In this document: positions 11,930-25,096 of the stretch, piece by piece
Numbering within the stretch: the first letter of the stretch is position 1
Layout: each line of letters opens with the position of its first letter
Source of the DNA: Chrysomallon squamiferum
Lineage: Eukaryota; Animalia; Mollusca
Direction: 5' to 3'
NCBI GenBank assembly: GCA_012295275.1
Contig: CM022667.1
Span: 15,562,001 to 15,626,000 of the forward strand
Length of the DNA: 64,000 nt
Position numbers and translations under genes: made by a program
The notes under the pieces: model-generated
Database searches by the model: none
Told to the model about the DNA's origin: nothing
The model's input: the letters and a program-made list of their open reading frames with translations, nothing else

Positions 11930-14053
11930 CAGGCAATACAGAATTTAAGTTAAATTTTTATTTATATTTTTCAATTCAATCAACCATTCAGACAAAGTAG
12001 CTGGCAGTGAGGATTATCTCCCTTTCAAAATGTCTAATTGTTTTCCATTGAGTTGGGATTATAGAAAGCTTTGTTTTTATGGTTCCTGCCAGGCAGGCCA
12101 TAATTACTTCAGCATTTGATTTACACTGAAGGGCCATCATGTATTGTGCAAAAAGTATTAGTGTCTTCCTGTGTTCATTTCGTCTTAATGGGTGTTACAT
12201 TTCTCCCTGGGATAAGACTCAACACCTTTCTGCCTCAGAGCATCAGAGTAGTTTTTACGACAGGATAAAGATTTTGGAAATTTATACTTGTATAGGAGTT
12301 TGGCATAATAACAATCCATCCGTCTGTCTGTGGTAGTGTTTGAAATTTTTTGCGGTGAATTAGAAGAAAAGCTGTTAGCACTTTGAAAGTTTTCCGTTTT
12401 AACCATTTGTCTGTCTGTATGTCTGTGTATATGTGTGTGTCTGTGAATAGGAATGTCAGATTTCATTTTTTTTTTTTTTTTTTTTTTATTTTTTAATCTA
12501 TAGTAAAAAATATAACAAAAATATGTTATCACTTTTAAAAACTGTATTAAGTATGTGATAGTGAACAGATGGGTACAACCATGTGTGTTTTGGGCTTTGC
12601 TTACTAGTGTTATTATTATTATTATGTTGTGCTCACATTGCTCATACATTTTGGACCCATTCATTTATCCTGATGAAGGATTGTCCATCTCAGTGTGAAC
12701 ACTGTCAGTGTACTCTGACAGGGCACCACAGCTTGCTGGAGTGCAGTCATCTTAGACAGATCCAGAAGGATATATTTGATAAAATAAATGTGATAGAATC
12801 ATTTCGATTCCATCCTGAGCCTGTTTTGAAATTTATGAGTTACAGAATTTTTCCATAAATTATAAACTGTGATATTATTTACACAGCTCTTTACACTTTT
12901 CTTTGAATTTTTATACAGAATTTTTTTTACCATTTAGTTATATTTACCTTTGTTTGACACCCAATAGCCAATACATATTTTTTGTGCTGAGGTTTCATTA
13001 AATATTCATTCATTCATATTATTACTATCTCATTCCAAAATACACTATTTGAAAGTAACAGAAAATAAAGATCCTTCACATTACAATGTATTTAAAAATT
13101 TTAAATTATATTTATTTGATCAAATTAATTAAAACCCTCTGGCTATCATGCTCTAGCTACACAGTGTAAAATACAACCAGAAACCAGTTAATTACTAACT
13201 GCCTCTAAACAGCATTCCTCCACTTTATCATCAACACTGCTGGAAGCACTGATTATCTCCCTTTAGCTGTATTCATTTAAAAAGGAGATTTGGAAATGCA
13301 TTGTTTTCTCCAGTATCTCCAGGTGGCAGCCATAATGGAACTGACAAGTTTCTTTTTAAGATGAAGGCCCAACAAAAACATTAGAATGCAATTACTTTCC
13401 ACAGCCAGTACTTCCCTCATTTTTTTCTCATATTTTGCCTTGGGGTTGCTAAACTAATTTAAGAATGATTGGGTTGTGTTTTGATTTCTGTTTTTTTTCT
13501 TTCTAAATCTCTGCAATTATTACACAACAGGTCAATAAATTGTAACAAGTTAAAACATTCTTGATAATTGGCTGTCCCTTTCTTGTTACTGAAAGGACCT
13601 GGGTTCAGTACCCAACACTGGATCAAAGGTTTGTCTGTTTTTATCACTGAAAGGAACTGGGTTCAGTATCCAGTTAGTGGTTCATCTGGGTTTTTATTAT
13701 GTTAAATAATATGGGTTTATTTTCCAGTTCTGGTTCCATAATATATCCAGAAAAATATATATATATATAAATAAAAACAATATAAAATATATCAAAAGGT
13801 TCTTTTTAAAAAACAAAATCATAGCAGATTTTATTCAAAGTATTCTTTTATTGATGAAAATACTGTTTTACTTTTATTTATTTATTTTTATTTATTTTAT
13901 TTTATTTTTCAGCCTTTTTCTGGAACAGTCATTGAAAATCCTGTACCAGGCGCCCTGCCTTCCACTGCACCTGTTACCATGGATACACAACCAGCGCGAC
14001 GTGTGTCCAAGTTTCGGGCAGAACGTCAGAAGCAGGCTGCTACTCCAAGATGA
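2000..14053 (+). CDS. URI1: Unconventional prefoldin RPB5 interactor URI1, complete spliced gene, 408 aa
   Basis: Exons 2000-2079, 4306-4384, 5047-5182, 5947-6038, 6661-6724, 7375-7531, 7997-8273, 9622-9822, 13913-14053 join in phase (1227 nt). Alpha-prefoldin motif FGPLAFMPGQLVHTNEVLVLLGDNWF, acidic middle, SILK, C-terminal URI box FSGTVIE...RRVSKFRAER. Confidence 0.95.
2718..3577 (+). mobile_element. Internally deleted Mutator-like (MULE) DNA transposon with FLYWCH remnant
   Basis: Ends carry AAAAAAGTCA ... TGACTTTTTT inverted motifs. Frameshifted peptide MEVIHNNKGGNKICYMYTKH..WWKCIKRSSGNCQGSVTTD / ..PHNH fits a FLYWCH zinc finger. A second copy lies at 9955-10577. Confidence 0.8.
4306..4384 (+). 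CDS. URI1: URI1 coding exon 2
   Basis: TTTTCAG acceptor; KKFKTDYEAVIKKLSTLPDSLSQDTL; CTG|GTAACT donor. Confidence 0.92.
5047..5182 (+). CDS. URI1: URI1 coding exon 3 (prefoldin beta-hairpins)
   Basis: VQFGPLAFMPGQLVHTNEVLVLLGDNWFAERSAKQAIDIIKRRVK; CTACAG acceptor, GTGAGC donor. Confidence 0.95.
5947..6038 (+). CDS. URI1: URI1 coding exon 4
   Basis: IDQQLNDLQEQKKLLTPRMTFTSELQDLAE; phases match flanking exons. Confidence 0.9.
6428..6657. repeat. Compound microsatellite (TTC)n(TTA)n(TTG)n
   Basis: Directly visible; abuts the URI1 acceptor at 6660. Confidence 0.95.
6661..6724 (+). CDS. URI1: URI1 coding exon 5
   Basis: ERGGMKEIVEEYDEEKEKKWR; TTACAG acceptor, GTAAGA donor. Confidence 0.9.
7375..7531 (+). 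CDS. URI1: URI1 coding exon 6 (RPB5-interacting region)
   Basis: EHRIRVREHKKK...DTELWAKLDALEKIETERKELE; the ELWAKLDALE motif is typical of URI. Confidence 0.9.
7856..7983. repeat. (TTA)n microsatellite
   Basis: Directly visible upstream of the acceptor at 7996. Confidence 0.95.
7997..8273 (+). CDS. URI1: URI1 coding exon 7 (acidic region)
   Basis: MSDTEEQG...KKISWEDE...KITFTHTKPPQ; CTTCAG acceptor, CAG|GTAACT donor. Confidence 0.9.
9622..9822 (+). CDS. URI1: URI1 coding exon 8
   Basis: QNKDSSDSDADNPEIASPRDIYKLFTKPAEPKSILKKK...DTPK; SPxDIY and SILK motifs; AAG|GTATTG donor. Confidence 0.9.
9955..10577 (-). mobile_element. Second, inverted copy of the same MULE/FLYWCH element
   Basis: Reverse-complement matches, e.g. 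CCTGGGACATTTTATAAATCATTTACAATAGG (10330-10361) vs 3001-3031. The minus strand reads MEVIHTNKGGNKICYEGFMYTKQATCKTKLWWKCVKKSSCNC* with stops. TGTGACTTTTTT repeats at the right end. Confidence 0.8.
11878..11928. repeat. (AAT)n microsatellite
   Basis: Directly visible. Confidence 0.95.
12622..13016 (+). mobile_element. 5'-truncated LINE 3' end (I/Nimb-like ORF2 C-terminus)
   Basis: HIAHTFWTHSFILMKDCPSQCEHCQCTLTGHHSLLECSHL: degenerate R-I-G-H-T-x-L-T-H motif plus a CCHC finger, then a 3'UTR ending in (CATT)n. Confidence 0.75.
13913..14053 (+). CDS. URI1: URI1 terminal coding exon (URI box)
   Basis: PFSGTVIENPVPGALPSTAPVTMDTQPARRVSKFRAERQKQAATPR*. Confidence 0.93.
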   Translation, partial: PFSGTVIENPVPGALPSTAPVTMDTQPARRVSKFRAERQKQAATPR

Positions 14054-14055
14054 CA

Positions 14056-14078
14056 AATAAATCTGGTTTACAAATAAA
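14056..14078 (+). terminator. Candidate URI1 polyadenylation signals
   Basis: Two AATAAA (14056, 14073) just after the TGA, followed by T/GT-rich sequence. Confidence 0.5.
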
Positions 14079-14934
14079 AGTTGACTTTTGATATTTTTAT
14101 TATTACTGTTACCACTATTACTGTTGTTGTTGTTGTTATTTGTGTTAATGGTTATTATAATGAAATCTGTTGACATTAGAGCATGAGCTAGATTTAGCAA
14201 ATAGCATGAAATGCACATGCACACACATGAAAACAAACACACATACATATCTGACAATAGATAGGAAAGTCTGTATATAATGTTTACAAATCCCAGGGCT
14301 TTATCCATTTTGGGAAATACCTTTGTATGTATGTTGGTGTGTCTGTATTATGTATGTGTGTGTGTGTATGCATGCGTGCAAACGTGCATGTATATGTGTA
14401 TATATGTGAATGTGTGTTATTTGAAATATAAAAGTAATTGCCACAAACACCCACTAACCTGTACATATATATATATGTATGATAGTGTGTATATGTTCAA
14501 TTATTTTTATATTTCAAATTATTTCTTTCTTTCTTTCTTTCTTTGTCTCATGTGACAGAAAAACTATATAGAAATGTCATGTTAGTGCATAATGTAATTT
14601 TAATAAGACCATTTCTACCCAATTTCCTTTTAATGATTTCATTCCAGTAAACAAATTTGTTTTTAAATCACTATTTAAAAAATAACCTTTTCTATCACAA
14701 TTATTTCATTTGTTTTTTCCATTTAAGATGAAATGTGAGGGGAGGGTGGTAGGACTTTCAAACTTATATAGACTACTAATTAAATAAAAGGAGTTTCTCC
14801 TCTAGGCTAGTCTGAGAAAAAAGCTAAAAAGAGGGGTTTATTTATTCTGTACAGAATAACAAAAGCAGCAATGTCTTTTTAACTGGATTTTTTCTTTTCT
14901 ATTTTACCCTTTTTTATTTCTTTTCTTTTCTTTG

Positions 14935-14968
<34 letters not shown>

Positions 14969-15671
14969 TTTAATTTTAGTTTAGCCTGTAGCATTTGCTA
15001 CTCTTTGTTTACAGTTGTTTGTTTGTTGTTTATTGTTGTTTACAGTGGGTTGGACAGGTGGGTGTGCACTAAGCATTGTTTTAGGTGGGGACAGAAACCA
15101 GTGAGGCTTATCAAAAGTTGTTTATTCAGACCTAACCTAAAGTGTATGTGTTTGTAAACTTGAGAAAACATTTTTGTTTGTTGTCCACTTTGCTTTCTTT
15201 TGGCTACTGGCATGAAGAAAACAAACAACAAAAAAAAAAGTTATAGTTACTCAGCAATTTGTAATACCTTGGCACTTAATGTTGTTGTTTTTTTTTTTCT
15301 GTTTTGTTTGCCTATTTTTCTTTCTTTTCTTTTCTTTTCTTTTCTTGTCTTTTTTTTTACCTCATTATTTGTGTGTGTGTTTGTGATTTTTGTAAAAGGT
15401 GGTTGAATAAGTTTTTTTCTCTGTTCTTTGTTTTTTTGTTCTTGTATATTTTTAACAATTATTACCTCCAATCAAGACAACTGATGTTTTTACAGCATTC
15501 CTTGCTGATGTTTGTTTAAACTTAAACCACTGAAACAACAACATAGACATCCACAGCAAAGTTATTACAGCACCAGTCTTCAAGTTTAGGTATCAGAATC
15601 GAATACTGTTAGTGACCAGGACTGAACTGATTTTTAAATTTTAATATTTGTTTTTATTCCATTATTATTAT

Positions 15672-15706
<35 letters not shown>

Positions 15707-18611
15707 CCTTGATAACTATTTCTCTAAAGACTAAATGACAGCAACCATAGACAGGTCCATTTAAAATTTACTTTTTTGTTTAATTTAACGTGAAACAAAT
15801 AAATTTGTTATCCAGTAATAATCCCCCAAATTCCCTTGACAATTTTAAAAGATAATTCTTAAAAACAGAAACAATCATATTATTCCATATTCACCATTCT
15901 TTTGAGTTCATTTCTATAAGTAGTAAAATATTTTTCATTTTTTAACATGAAAATTTAAAACTGGCTGTATTAGAATGGCTAGCCTAATGTGTGACTTAAC
16001 AGCAGAATCAAACCTCCCCAATGTTTTAATAGAGCTATTTACAATTCCAGACGATGCCCAGCCAAACAAAGATTACAAATGTGGCTTCCTGTCTTTGATT
16101 TCTGATGTTGATGGATACATACATATCCCTTATATGGAGTAGTCAGATTCATTTCTCAAGAGTTTATGCATAGCCTCAAATAACACACATTTAAAAATGC
16201 ATTAACTGTATCATTAAATACTACTTTTCTTCCATTCATAAAATAAATTCAGTACAAAGCCTATTTCAGTGTCATGTGAATTTTATTATTAGCAATTATT
16301 ATTAACAAAAGATGATGGATTTGGCAGTAATTGACTTATTTAAATCAGTGACATTAAACTGTTGTTTATAATTCAGTGTTGCTTTAGAAATTGTGAAATT
16401 TGTATTTCTCCATATGCTTGCAGTCATTTGGGACCAGTTTGAAAACTAAAATAAAACTGTGCCAAAATAAATGATATATAATAAGACAGTAATTTGGATT
16501 ATTTTACCACTGATGCTTTTACTTAGTTGAATTAGTTTTCCAAGTATTTCTCTTGTTGTTTTTTTTTTTTTTTGTTTTCTATTTCAAACAATTCTTTATT
16601 ATATTTTTTTTTTTTTTTTAATTATTATTAACGTTTTTACCTTTTCTAACCACTGCTCTATATTTGGTTAATTAACTGACTTTCAAATTAAAGCTCCAGT
16701 AAAAGGTCATAGCACTTAATCTATAATAGTAAGAATTCCATCATTTAGACATTTTACTGTTTCAAGAAGTTCTCATTTATTTATTGATTGATTCAAAATT
16801 TTTTTTCATTCATTCATTCATTGACATATGCAGAAATTATTTAATTTTATTAATAAAAGCAACAACAACAATAATGATATAAATAAATATATTAATAACA
16901 GTTTTATTTTATCACTTCTGGGATTAAAATCTTTCTTATTACAAAGATTTACCTTAATATATAATTCACAAAGATAGTTTCTTGTTTTAGCATTCAACAA
17001 AGAAGATGCAGAAGTTCCATTCATTCATTCATTCATTCATACATTTATTTATTTATTTATTTGTTTATTTGTTTACAATGTCTAATTTACGACAATGAAA
17101 TCCACAGGACAGCCTACTGCTTTGTTACTCAGTACAACACTTCAACAAATCTCTGTTGTAAAAATTAAAAAAGAAATCCTTGATCCTGCTTAATCCATCA
17201 ATTTGTGATCACCCAGCACTTTTAACAAGTACCTTCCAAAATGAATTGACAAAGAATTACTACCCTTTTGAATATCTGGTGCCTAATTAATCTACTCAGA
17301 TCCCCATTTTTAGCCATTAATCCATTTCTTACCTATCAAGGGTATTAATTACTAAGATAGGTAACAGCTACTATCAATCCATGTTTTTAGAAACACTGGA
17401 CTTCAAAGGCTTATTGAGTGATTAGGTCGGATTAGCATGGCATGTTGTACATGCAGTCTTACCTGGTGTGATGCAACTATGTTTATAGAGACTTCACTGT
17501 TAGTGATTGGATAATTAAGGTTTAGATCTTTTGATTGCATGGACAGAATTTTAAATTGTAGATGAGGAAAGGGGTAGATAGCTTTTTGGGGAGGGTTGAT
17601 GGATTGGTGGATAGTTCATTTTTATTTATTTGTTTAACTATTTATTTATCATGATTTTATTTTATTTATTGATTTGTTGTTATTTTATTATGGGGAGTAT
17701 ACTGAATGCTCTTTAATATTGGTTATAATAATCTACATCACAGTCATCTCTCTCTCTCTCTCTCTCTACCTTTTTTGTTTCTATGTGTAGGGGCCTCTAG
17801 TTTTTCATCACTTTTTATTCATTTTGTCATTCTTCTTTCTTTTCTTTCTTTTTTCTTATTTTATTTAATTTCTGTATTTTAATATCTAATATTTATAAAT
17901 TTAAAAAAACAAAACAAAAAAACCCATCTTGAAATAACTTTCAATAATTTTTAAACCTGACATAACAATGACACACAAGAGCAGTCATATTATTAAAATG
18001 TCCTTAAACTTGCCCCAAACATTAACTTGTCTGAAACCAAAATGAATTTGATTGATTGGTTAATTCTCTTAAGTAATTCAGAATCTACAAATGTCAGCTA
18101 TCTGCATAACAACTCTCTATTTTTCCAGATTATGATCAGTTACTTCGAATGACAACACATTGTTTACTTGTCATTGGTTAGATGCTATCAAACAACTTTT
18201 CTCAGTAAGACTGTAACCAGCTTGTACACACAAATATACTTGTATACATTTAAGACCAGATGTTACCAGGAAGCATAATTTCTGTACTGGTTTTAAAACC
18301 AAGAAGGAGCTCCAATAACAAAGCTAAATGTTAAAAAAAAAAGTATGAAAATTTTAAATGTCAAATTATGTATTGATAAAAAATGATAAGAATAGGTTGG
18401 GGTTAATTGCTCTGACAAATTCAGACAAAACTGAAAGGAAAATTTGTATAAAAATAGAAAATGAATGATATTTGTGTTTTTAATCTGTAAAATAACAGCC
18501 AAAAGAACCTCACTGTGTTCCCTTTAACCAAAGAGTCCTCGTAATCCATGATTTATTTGTTAGAATGAAAGACAGAGGTATCACAAGTTATGTGATCACT
18601 CTTTCTTTATG

Positions 18612-18795
18612 CTCCCATTGGGCTATTTCCCATTCCAACAAGTGACCTGTATCTGGTTTATTATCACTGTGTTTTTCCAATAAACGTGTAGGTACCTATA
18701 GAAGATTTCATGCTGTTAATTACTATGAGTAGCCCCTGGAGTGAAAGCAGTGGGTATTTCTCCTTGTACACATAATGTGTTTGAGACTTTGTATT
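18612..18795 (+). mobile_element. Degenerate SINE fragment
   Basis: CCCATTGGGCTATTTC..TTCCA and GAGTAGCCC blocks resemble a gastropod SINE core as I recall it; not database-verified. Confidence 0.4.
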
Positions 18796-20757
18796 TGTTA
18801 ATATTAAGGAGACTTGAATATTTATTAACAAGTACATACATACAAACATACACACATACACACAGAAATAAAAAAAACACACACACACACACACACACAA
18901 ACAACACATAACTTTTTAAGATCTTGAAAAATGAAATATTGTTTCTTATAAAAGAAACCTTTAATCAAGATAGAATGCCAAAAAGACTTTTCCTTAAAAT
19001 ATATTCAGACAGATATAAATCTTTTATGTGCAATTGTATATTGTTTGAAGCTATAATCAGTGAATTTTAAAACCAGTAAAAACAGAAAAGATGCTTTTTG
19101 TTACTATAGTTGTTGTTTTTTAGCCAGAGAAAGGGTAAGTGGTTTAAAGAAATGACTGTTTTAGTCTTCAGAGCTGTAAAATAAAGAATAGTAACATTTA
19201 TAAAGAAGGGGAGTGTATGTCTGTAGACACTGAAACCTATAACAATACAACTGTATTTTGTGGGAAAGGGCAGTGCTTAGTTATAAACTTTCAGAACAGA
19301 CAAAAAAAACAAAAAATCAAAAAGTTTTGGTTTGATTGATATCTTTTACATTTTAATTAAGACATAAAAGTAGGTAATGAAAATATAGCCATGAGGCAAT
19401 ATTAAATCTCTGAACCTGATTGCAGCATTCTCTCCCTTTGTAAAGCACCACCATCTTTTGTTAGATGCAGCTGACCCTGCCATTGTGTTGCTCAAGAATT
19501 GGGGGTAAAAAAGAAACTTCCACCCCTACCCACCCCTTTGATACCATTGTCCAGACAACCATCCCTGAGGGGCAGGCAGAGAGGGAGTTGAATCTGCATT
19601 GATGAAGTAGTTACAAGTTTGACAACCTTATTGAATCTCTCCATGATTGGATAACACTGCAAATTAAAATTCTCCAAATCTATTCATAATTGCCACCAAG
19701 TTGCTCAGTGTTTTGCTACTAGCTACAATTTTCACGTCTGTCTCTACTGATAGATAATTCTATACCTTCTGTAATTCTCTTATATTGCTGTGGGTGTGAT
19801 TAATAAGCTTGGACAACCCATATCAGTTGTTTCTTCAGGAGACTTGCTTCAGTGGTCGTCACATCTGGGTAACATTTAAAAGGAGTTAATTTATGTGTGG
19901 TGTTTATATATGAATGGTTGTTTATACTGCAGGCAGTGTTGGTGGAGATTGCCAGTTGATGACTAGACAAAAAAAGATAATTAAATACATACCTACACTC
20001 CTTTAATGTTGAAAAAAGTCTTTCAAGTTACATAACTATTACACTTTTTTGAAATCTGTCTTATGTTTGGTTTATTAAAGTCTGTGGTATGTGTTTTCCT
20101 GTTTGTCAAAGATTACTTTCTTCTACTTGAGTGTGATAAAACGTATATTAACTTTGCTCGCAGTATAAAGAAAATAAAAATATTTAAAAGCACCTGAAAA
20201 TAAAATGCATTGCTAAGTCATGAATAAACATTCATTTATTGTCATTAAAAGTCTTAACAATTCTGAAATTATCCTTTTCCCTGTAGACTTTACATTGACA
20301 CTCCCTAACTTATGTAAGAGAAACATTGTGCAGAACCCTAGTTAGATCAAAACATACTCATGTCCATATATCTTTGGTTAAGAGAATCAGAGAGGGTGAT
20401 TTACCTAAACTTTTACACAGATAAAAATACAAGTACCAATGTCTTCTTACTTTGCACAAAGTGTTCCCCACTTTTGTGCCTGACTTTATAATGGCAACTG
20501 CTTCCTGTGCCCCTGGATCATACACTTATGCATATGTTATAGCATACTCTGTAGGGTGCTAATGTTTCTCAATGACATAGCAATATTAACTGTTTAATTG
20601 AAATATTCAGTAAGTAAGAATGATCTATGTGTTTCAAGGAATGTCTGTATTTTACATACAAGCTATCCTTTGAAAAATGTTCTTGACTAGGAGAGAAAAA
20701 CGGAGTAATAGTTTCATGTCCAGTTTATTTTACTTATCCAAAAGGATTTTTCACAGC

Positions 20758-21000
20758 TATATTACAGTATCCATATAGACAAAAACATTATTCAGATAGA
20801 CAATAACATTACAGTATCCATATAAACAGTAATATCAAACACTCAGACAGTAACATTAGTGTATGCTGACAGTAACATTAAGTATCCAAGTAGACAAAAA
20901 CATTACAGTATCCAGGTGGATAGTAATATTATGTATCTAGATAGCCAATAACATTACTGTATCCAAATAAACAACATTACTGTATCCAGATAATAGTACT
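20758..21000. repeat. Degenerate ~26-bp minisatellite (AACATTACAGTATCCAGATAGACA..)
   Basis: Recurrent ACATTACAGTATCCA / TAGACA units. Confidence 0.8.
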
Positions 21001-24000
21001 GTAATCCACCACATAGACAATAGTATTATCTCTGAAGATTTCCGAGAACTTTTCCACTACTCAAGACCACATTTAAATATTTTAGGTTACATCTTTAAGT
21101 CAAGGAGACAATAACACTTTTCGGTGTTTGTACACCCCTCACCAAAATACAGTTACCAGGCCAAGAGTATTTCACACTGGAAAAACAGAGCTCCAGGCTA
21201 CAGCTTAAAAACGAAAAAGCCCAATACAAAGGTTAGAAAGGAAAAAAAGAAGAAGTGATAATGACTCTTCCATTGAAGTCATCGACGAAATGATTCACTT
21301 TATTGCCCATTGATTGGAATTGTTTGGGACTGGACTGTAATATCCACATCATCTGATCCCAGCTTTGAAAAAGATCATCATGAAAAGAAAGATTTTGAAC
21401 TTCATCGGCCCATAACATTCCATTTCAGTATAGAATTTACAAATTACAGGATGGAAAAACAGTACTGAGGATAGGGGGAAATTGGGTGTGTATACGAGAG
21501 TGTTTGTCTGTTTGTTTTCTATTTTTTATAGCAGGAGATTATTCTTTAAAGCTTTTACAGAGGAAATGGTTGTTTTGGGGGGGTTTTTTGGAATGATTTT
21601 GTAAGAGGTGTAGCTTTTAAATTTTATTTCTTTGAAGTAGCAGATCTAAAATGGGTGCTGCTTTCTTGTATCCCCTATTTTATTTTTATTTTTATTTTCA
21701 TAAATCAAGATTTAATGGAAGAATGGCTTTGCTTTTATAATTTTATTTGAATTCTTTTGCATGAGAAGATTTTTTTATGGGTAACCTTGATTTTGTTGTG
21801 GAGGTTGTTTCTTAATGACTTTACTTTCTGTTGAGGAGACTAATGTAACTGTTAATAAATAATTCCATGAGGAAGATGTGTCAGTCTCTTTCTTTGTTTT
21901 TTTCTTTGTGGCATTAGAAACTGTTATTTATATAATTTTGTTTTAATTCTGCAGCATGTTAACTCTTCTTCTTCTTCTTCATGCTTCTGAGAGTCTTTTT
22001 AATGGTTTTCTTTCATCCTATGCAGTTAAGCACCTTGCACGTTTTTTCTTTGGTTGATATTGTTAATTAGAAGAGGTTTTTCTCTATCATAACATTGTTT
22101 TCATCCAATTTATCAAATATCCTGGATATTCTCTTACTTTCAGAAAAGATACATGCCAAATTGGTCTTGTTATTAAATCTGATTTATTCTGTGAGGGTTT
22201 TTGTTCTGGCATAATTATGTAAGTAAAAAACAATGAAAAGAACAAACTGTTGTCTTTAAACAACTTAATGCATAATTAAGTATTTTATTATTTCTGGGTT
22301 AAGAGGTCTTTTGGTTCCTGTAGTGTAACATGTAAAGGAGTACAGATCTGTAATGGTACATGTACACTAAATTAACGATTCTCATTTACTTGTGTCTATA
22401 TTCCATTCCAACAAATGCTCTTTGACATATAATCAGAACATGCATGTTAAAATACCTTTTCTACTGCATACTTCACATTCCTTAAAATATGTACTACAAC
22501 TAATACTATTACTTCAACTATTGTAATCACTAATATATTTTTACCAGTAATTTTTGTTACCACTAATGCTGCTACTACTAATACTGCTGCTGCAAATACT
22601 ACTCCGACTGCTGTGTCTTCTAATGTTCTACAACTACTACTACTACTATTGCTACTGTAATCAGTATTACAATACTGCTGTTATTATACTGCGTCTGTTG
22701 CTACTACTGTTATTGCTATTACTACTATTCTGCTACAGCTGTCATGTCACTAAAACTTCTACCACATCAATTACAGCTTCTATCATCATTACCACCACGA
22801 TCATCATCATCATATTTTTTTTTAAATCTTAAAAATTTCAATACCTGATTTGTTTCATTCTTTCTACAGACAGGTATAAACTCAGGTGCAGTACATAATC
22901 ATGCTGGTAATTTAGATAACCAGGTAACAACAGTTATCTCTGCACACTCCACTTACCTGTTAACAGGTGCTAATTAACAGACATCAAAGGCTCGAACACC
23001 TGAACAGAAACCATTAGTCCATGAACCTCGAGGTGATCAGGAAGATGATGTACCTCATTTTACCTGTAAAGCCACCTCTTTACGATTCCTTTGATCTTCG
23101 CCTAATCCAGGTGTGTTGTACTACTGTAATAAAGTGACCAGTAAGATGGGTCAGTTATGATCCAGACTGCAAGTCCAGTGTTGGCAAAGCTATCTGGAGG
23201 GTCATGTCTGAGATGAAAGTTTTGATTAATAACTGGATGGCTAGACTAATAAATTACAATTACACTAGTATGATATACATGTGGGTGTGGTACAAGAGGA
23301 TTAATAAAGAATTATTTTATATTCATTAATATTATACAGACTAATTTCTTGATCTTTAAATTTCTTCTTTTTTTTTTTTTTCTTTTTTAATTATTATTCT
23401 TTTTTGATTGTTTTGTGGTGAGGGGAAGAATTAGGATGTTGTTTTTAACAAAACATTATTTATTTTTTTAATTTAAAAAAAAAAAAATGTATTACTAGTT
23501 ATCTATTATTAGTCATAATGGTAGTAACAGCAGCAGTATTAGTAACTAATAGTAGTAATGATAATAACAATAGTAGACATGGTAGTAATAGGACTAATAC
23601 TAGTAAGTAACAGTAGTGGTATTAATAATAGTTGTAGTAGTGGTGGTGGTGGTAATAATAGCTGTAGTAGTAGTGGTGGTGGTGGTAATGCTAGTAGCAG
23701 TTGAGGAACTGCTTTTTTCTATACAGATCATTCTTCTTTTTCTTTGTTTCTTCTTATCCTGTTTCTTGCACTCATTGTTTATTTATTTATAGCAAACAAC
23801 TGTAAATGGTAAAAGAAGATAAGAAATTTGAATGAAGTAAGGAAGAAGAAAAGAACTATACTACCAGAAAGAAGGATAGGTATCATAACAAAGAAAATTC
23901 TCTAACATTAAAACCTTCATTTCTGTTAGAGTGGTTTAATGGGGATATTTATTGTTGTGTACAGCAGGTGTTTCTTAGTGGTACATTTAGACAGGTGTAA

Positions 24001-24211
24001 TAATTAGCACCTGTTGGTTGGTCATATTGTTAATTAATTGAGCTGAACATTCCTTAATCTGATTTTGTTTTAATCAATTGTTTTCTTCTTTCTTTCAGTT
24101 CTTTCAGTTCTTTTATCATATTATATATATTGCGACTTAAAGGGTACATTATAGTTACTTTTTTTATTATTATTATTATTAATTCGTATTTTTCCATTTT
24201 TTCCGTATGTT

Positions 24212-24264
<53 letters not shown>
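24212..24264. repeat. (CT)n(CA)n compound microsatellite
   Basis: Directly visible. Confidence 0.95.
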
Positions 24265-24265
<1 letters not shown>

Positions 24266-25065
24266 TATTTTCTCAGGCCCCATAAAATCGCATTCCCATG
24301 TCAAACTCCTAATCCTCATCCCTCCTGTTTTGGCTATCAGTGCCAACAAAAAAAACTGCCCTGCAGAGTTCACCAAAACAAAAACAAAAAACCCTTCAGT
24401 ATCTCAGCGACAATTTCACCTAGAGTGTTGTGAATATTGCCTCTTACATATTGTCATCCTATGTGTTGAAAACCTGGAATTGTTTACCACATTTCGTAAC
24501 ACTCCTACCACTGTGACGTAACGTTACGTCAGTGCTGACCCCCTGTTGGCTGTCTGCCTCATCATCAGCTCACACTAAGGAATTGTGGGATAGAAATGTG
24601 TTTAGGAATCCTCGCGTGAATTGTGACGCTCGTTCTATTGATGACCTCATGGGAAATTAATTTTTGATTTGATAAATTTGTTGTCGAAATAAAAGAAAAA
24701 AGAAAGAAAAGAAAGAAAGGGAAAAGCAGAAAACAAAAAAAAAAAAAGAAATTTGTTTAATTAATTTATTTCTTCATCTTCTTTTTATCGTTATTGGTAG
24801 CGGATTTACTTTTTTTTTTTTTTTTTAGGAGTGATTTATCGTTTCTTTTCTTTTCTCGCCTTCTTTTTTGTCATTATTCATATATTATGACTATTTTATA
24901 ATTTGTTTTTTCTTTCGTTTTACTTCTTCTTTTCTTTTCTTCTTTTTCCTCCGCTAAATGGCTAGATACACAACTATAGAAAATTATCAGTTTAAACATT
25001 ATAACTTAAGCCCTATATGACATTTATTTTATTTAAATAACAATTGACAGATGATAAAGTGTCCG

Positions 25066-25096
<31 letters not shown>

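Noticed and set aside
13588-13685. Two copies of TGAAAGGA.CTGGGTTCAGTA.CCA with a B-box-like core (tRNA?)
   Set aside because: No cloverleaf could be built; more likely a SINE-head relic or local duplication.
19420-19900. GC-richer segment with CCCCTCAGGG on the - strand, suggesting an RT PQG motif
   Set aside because: No surrounding reverse transcriptase motifs in frame.
20758-21000. Repeat array as a possible CRISPR
   Set aside because: Degenerate tandem units without unique spacers; eukaryotic context; no cas genes.
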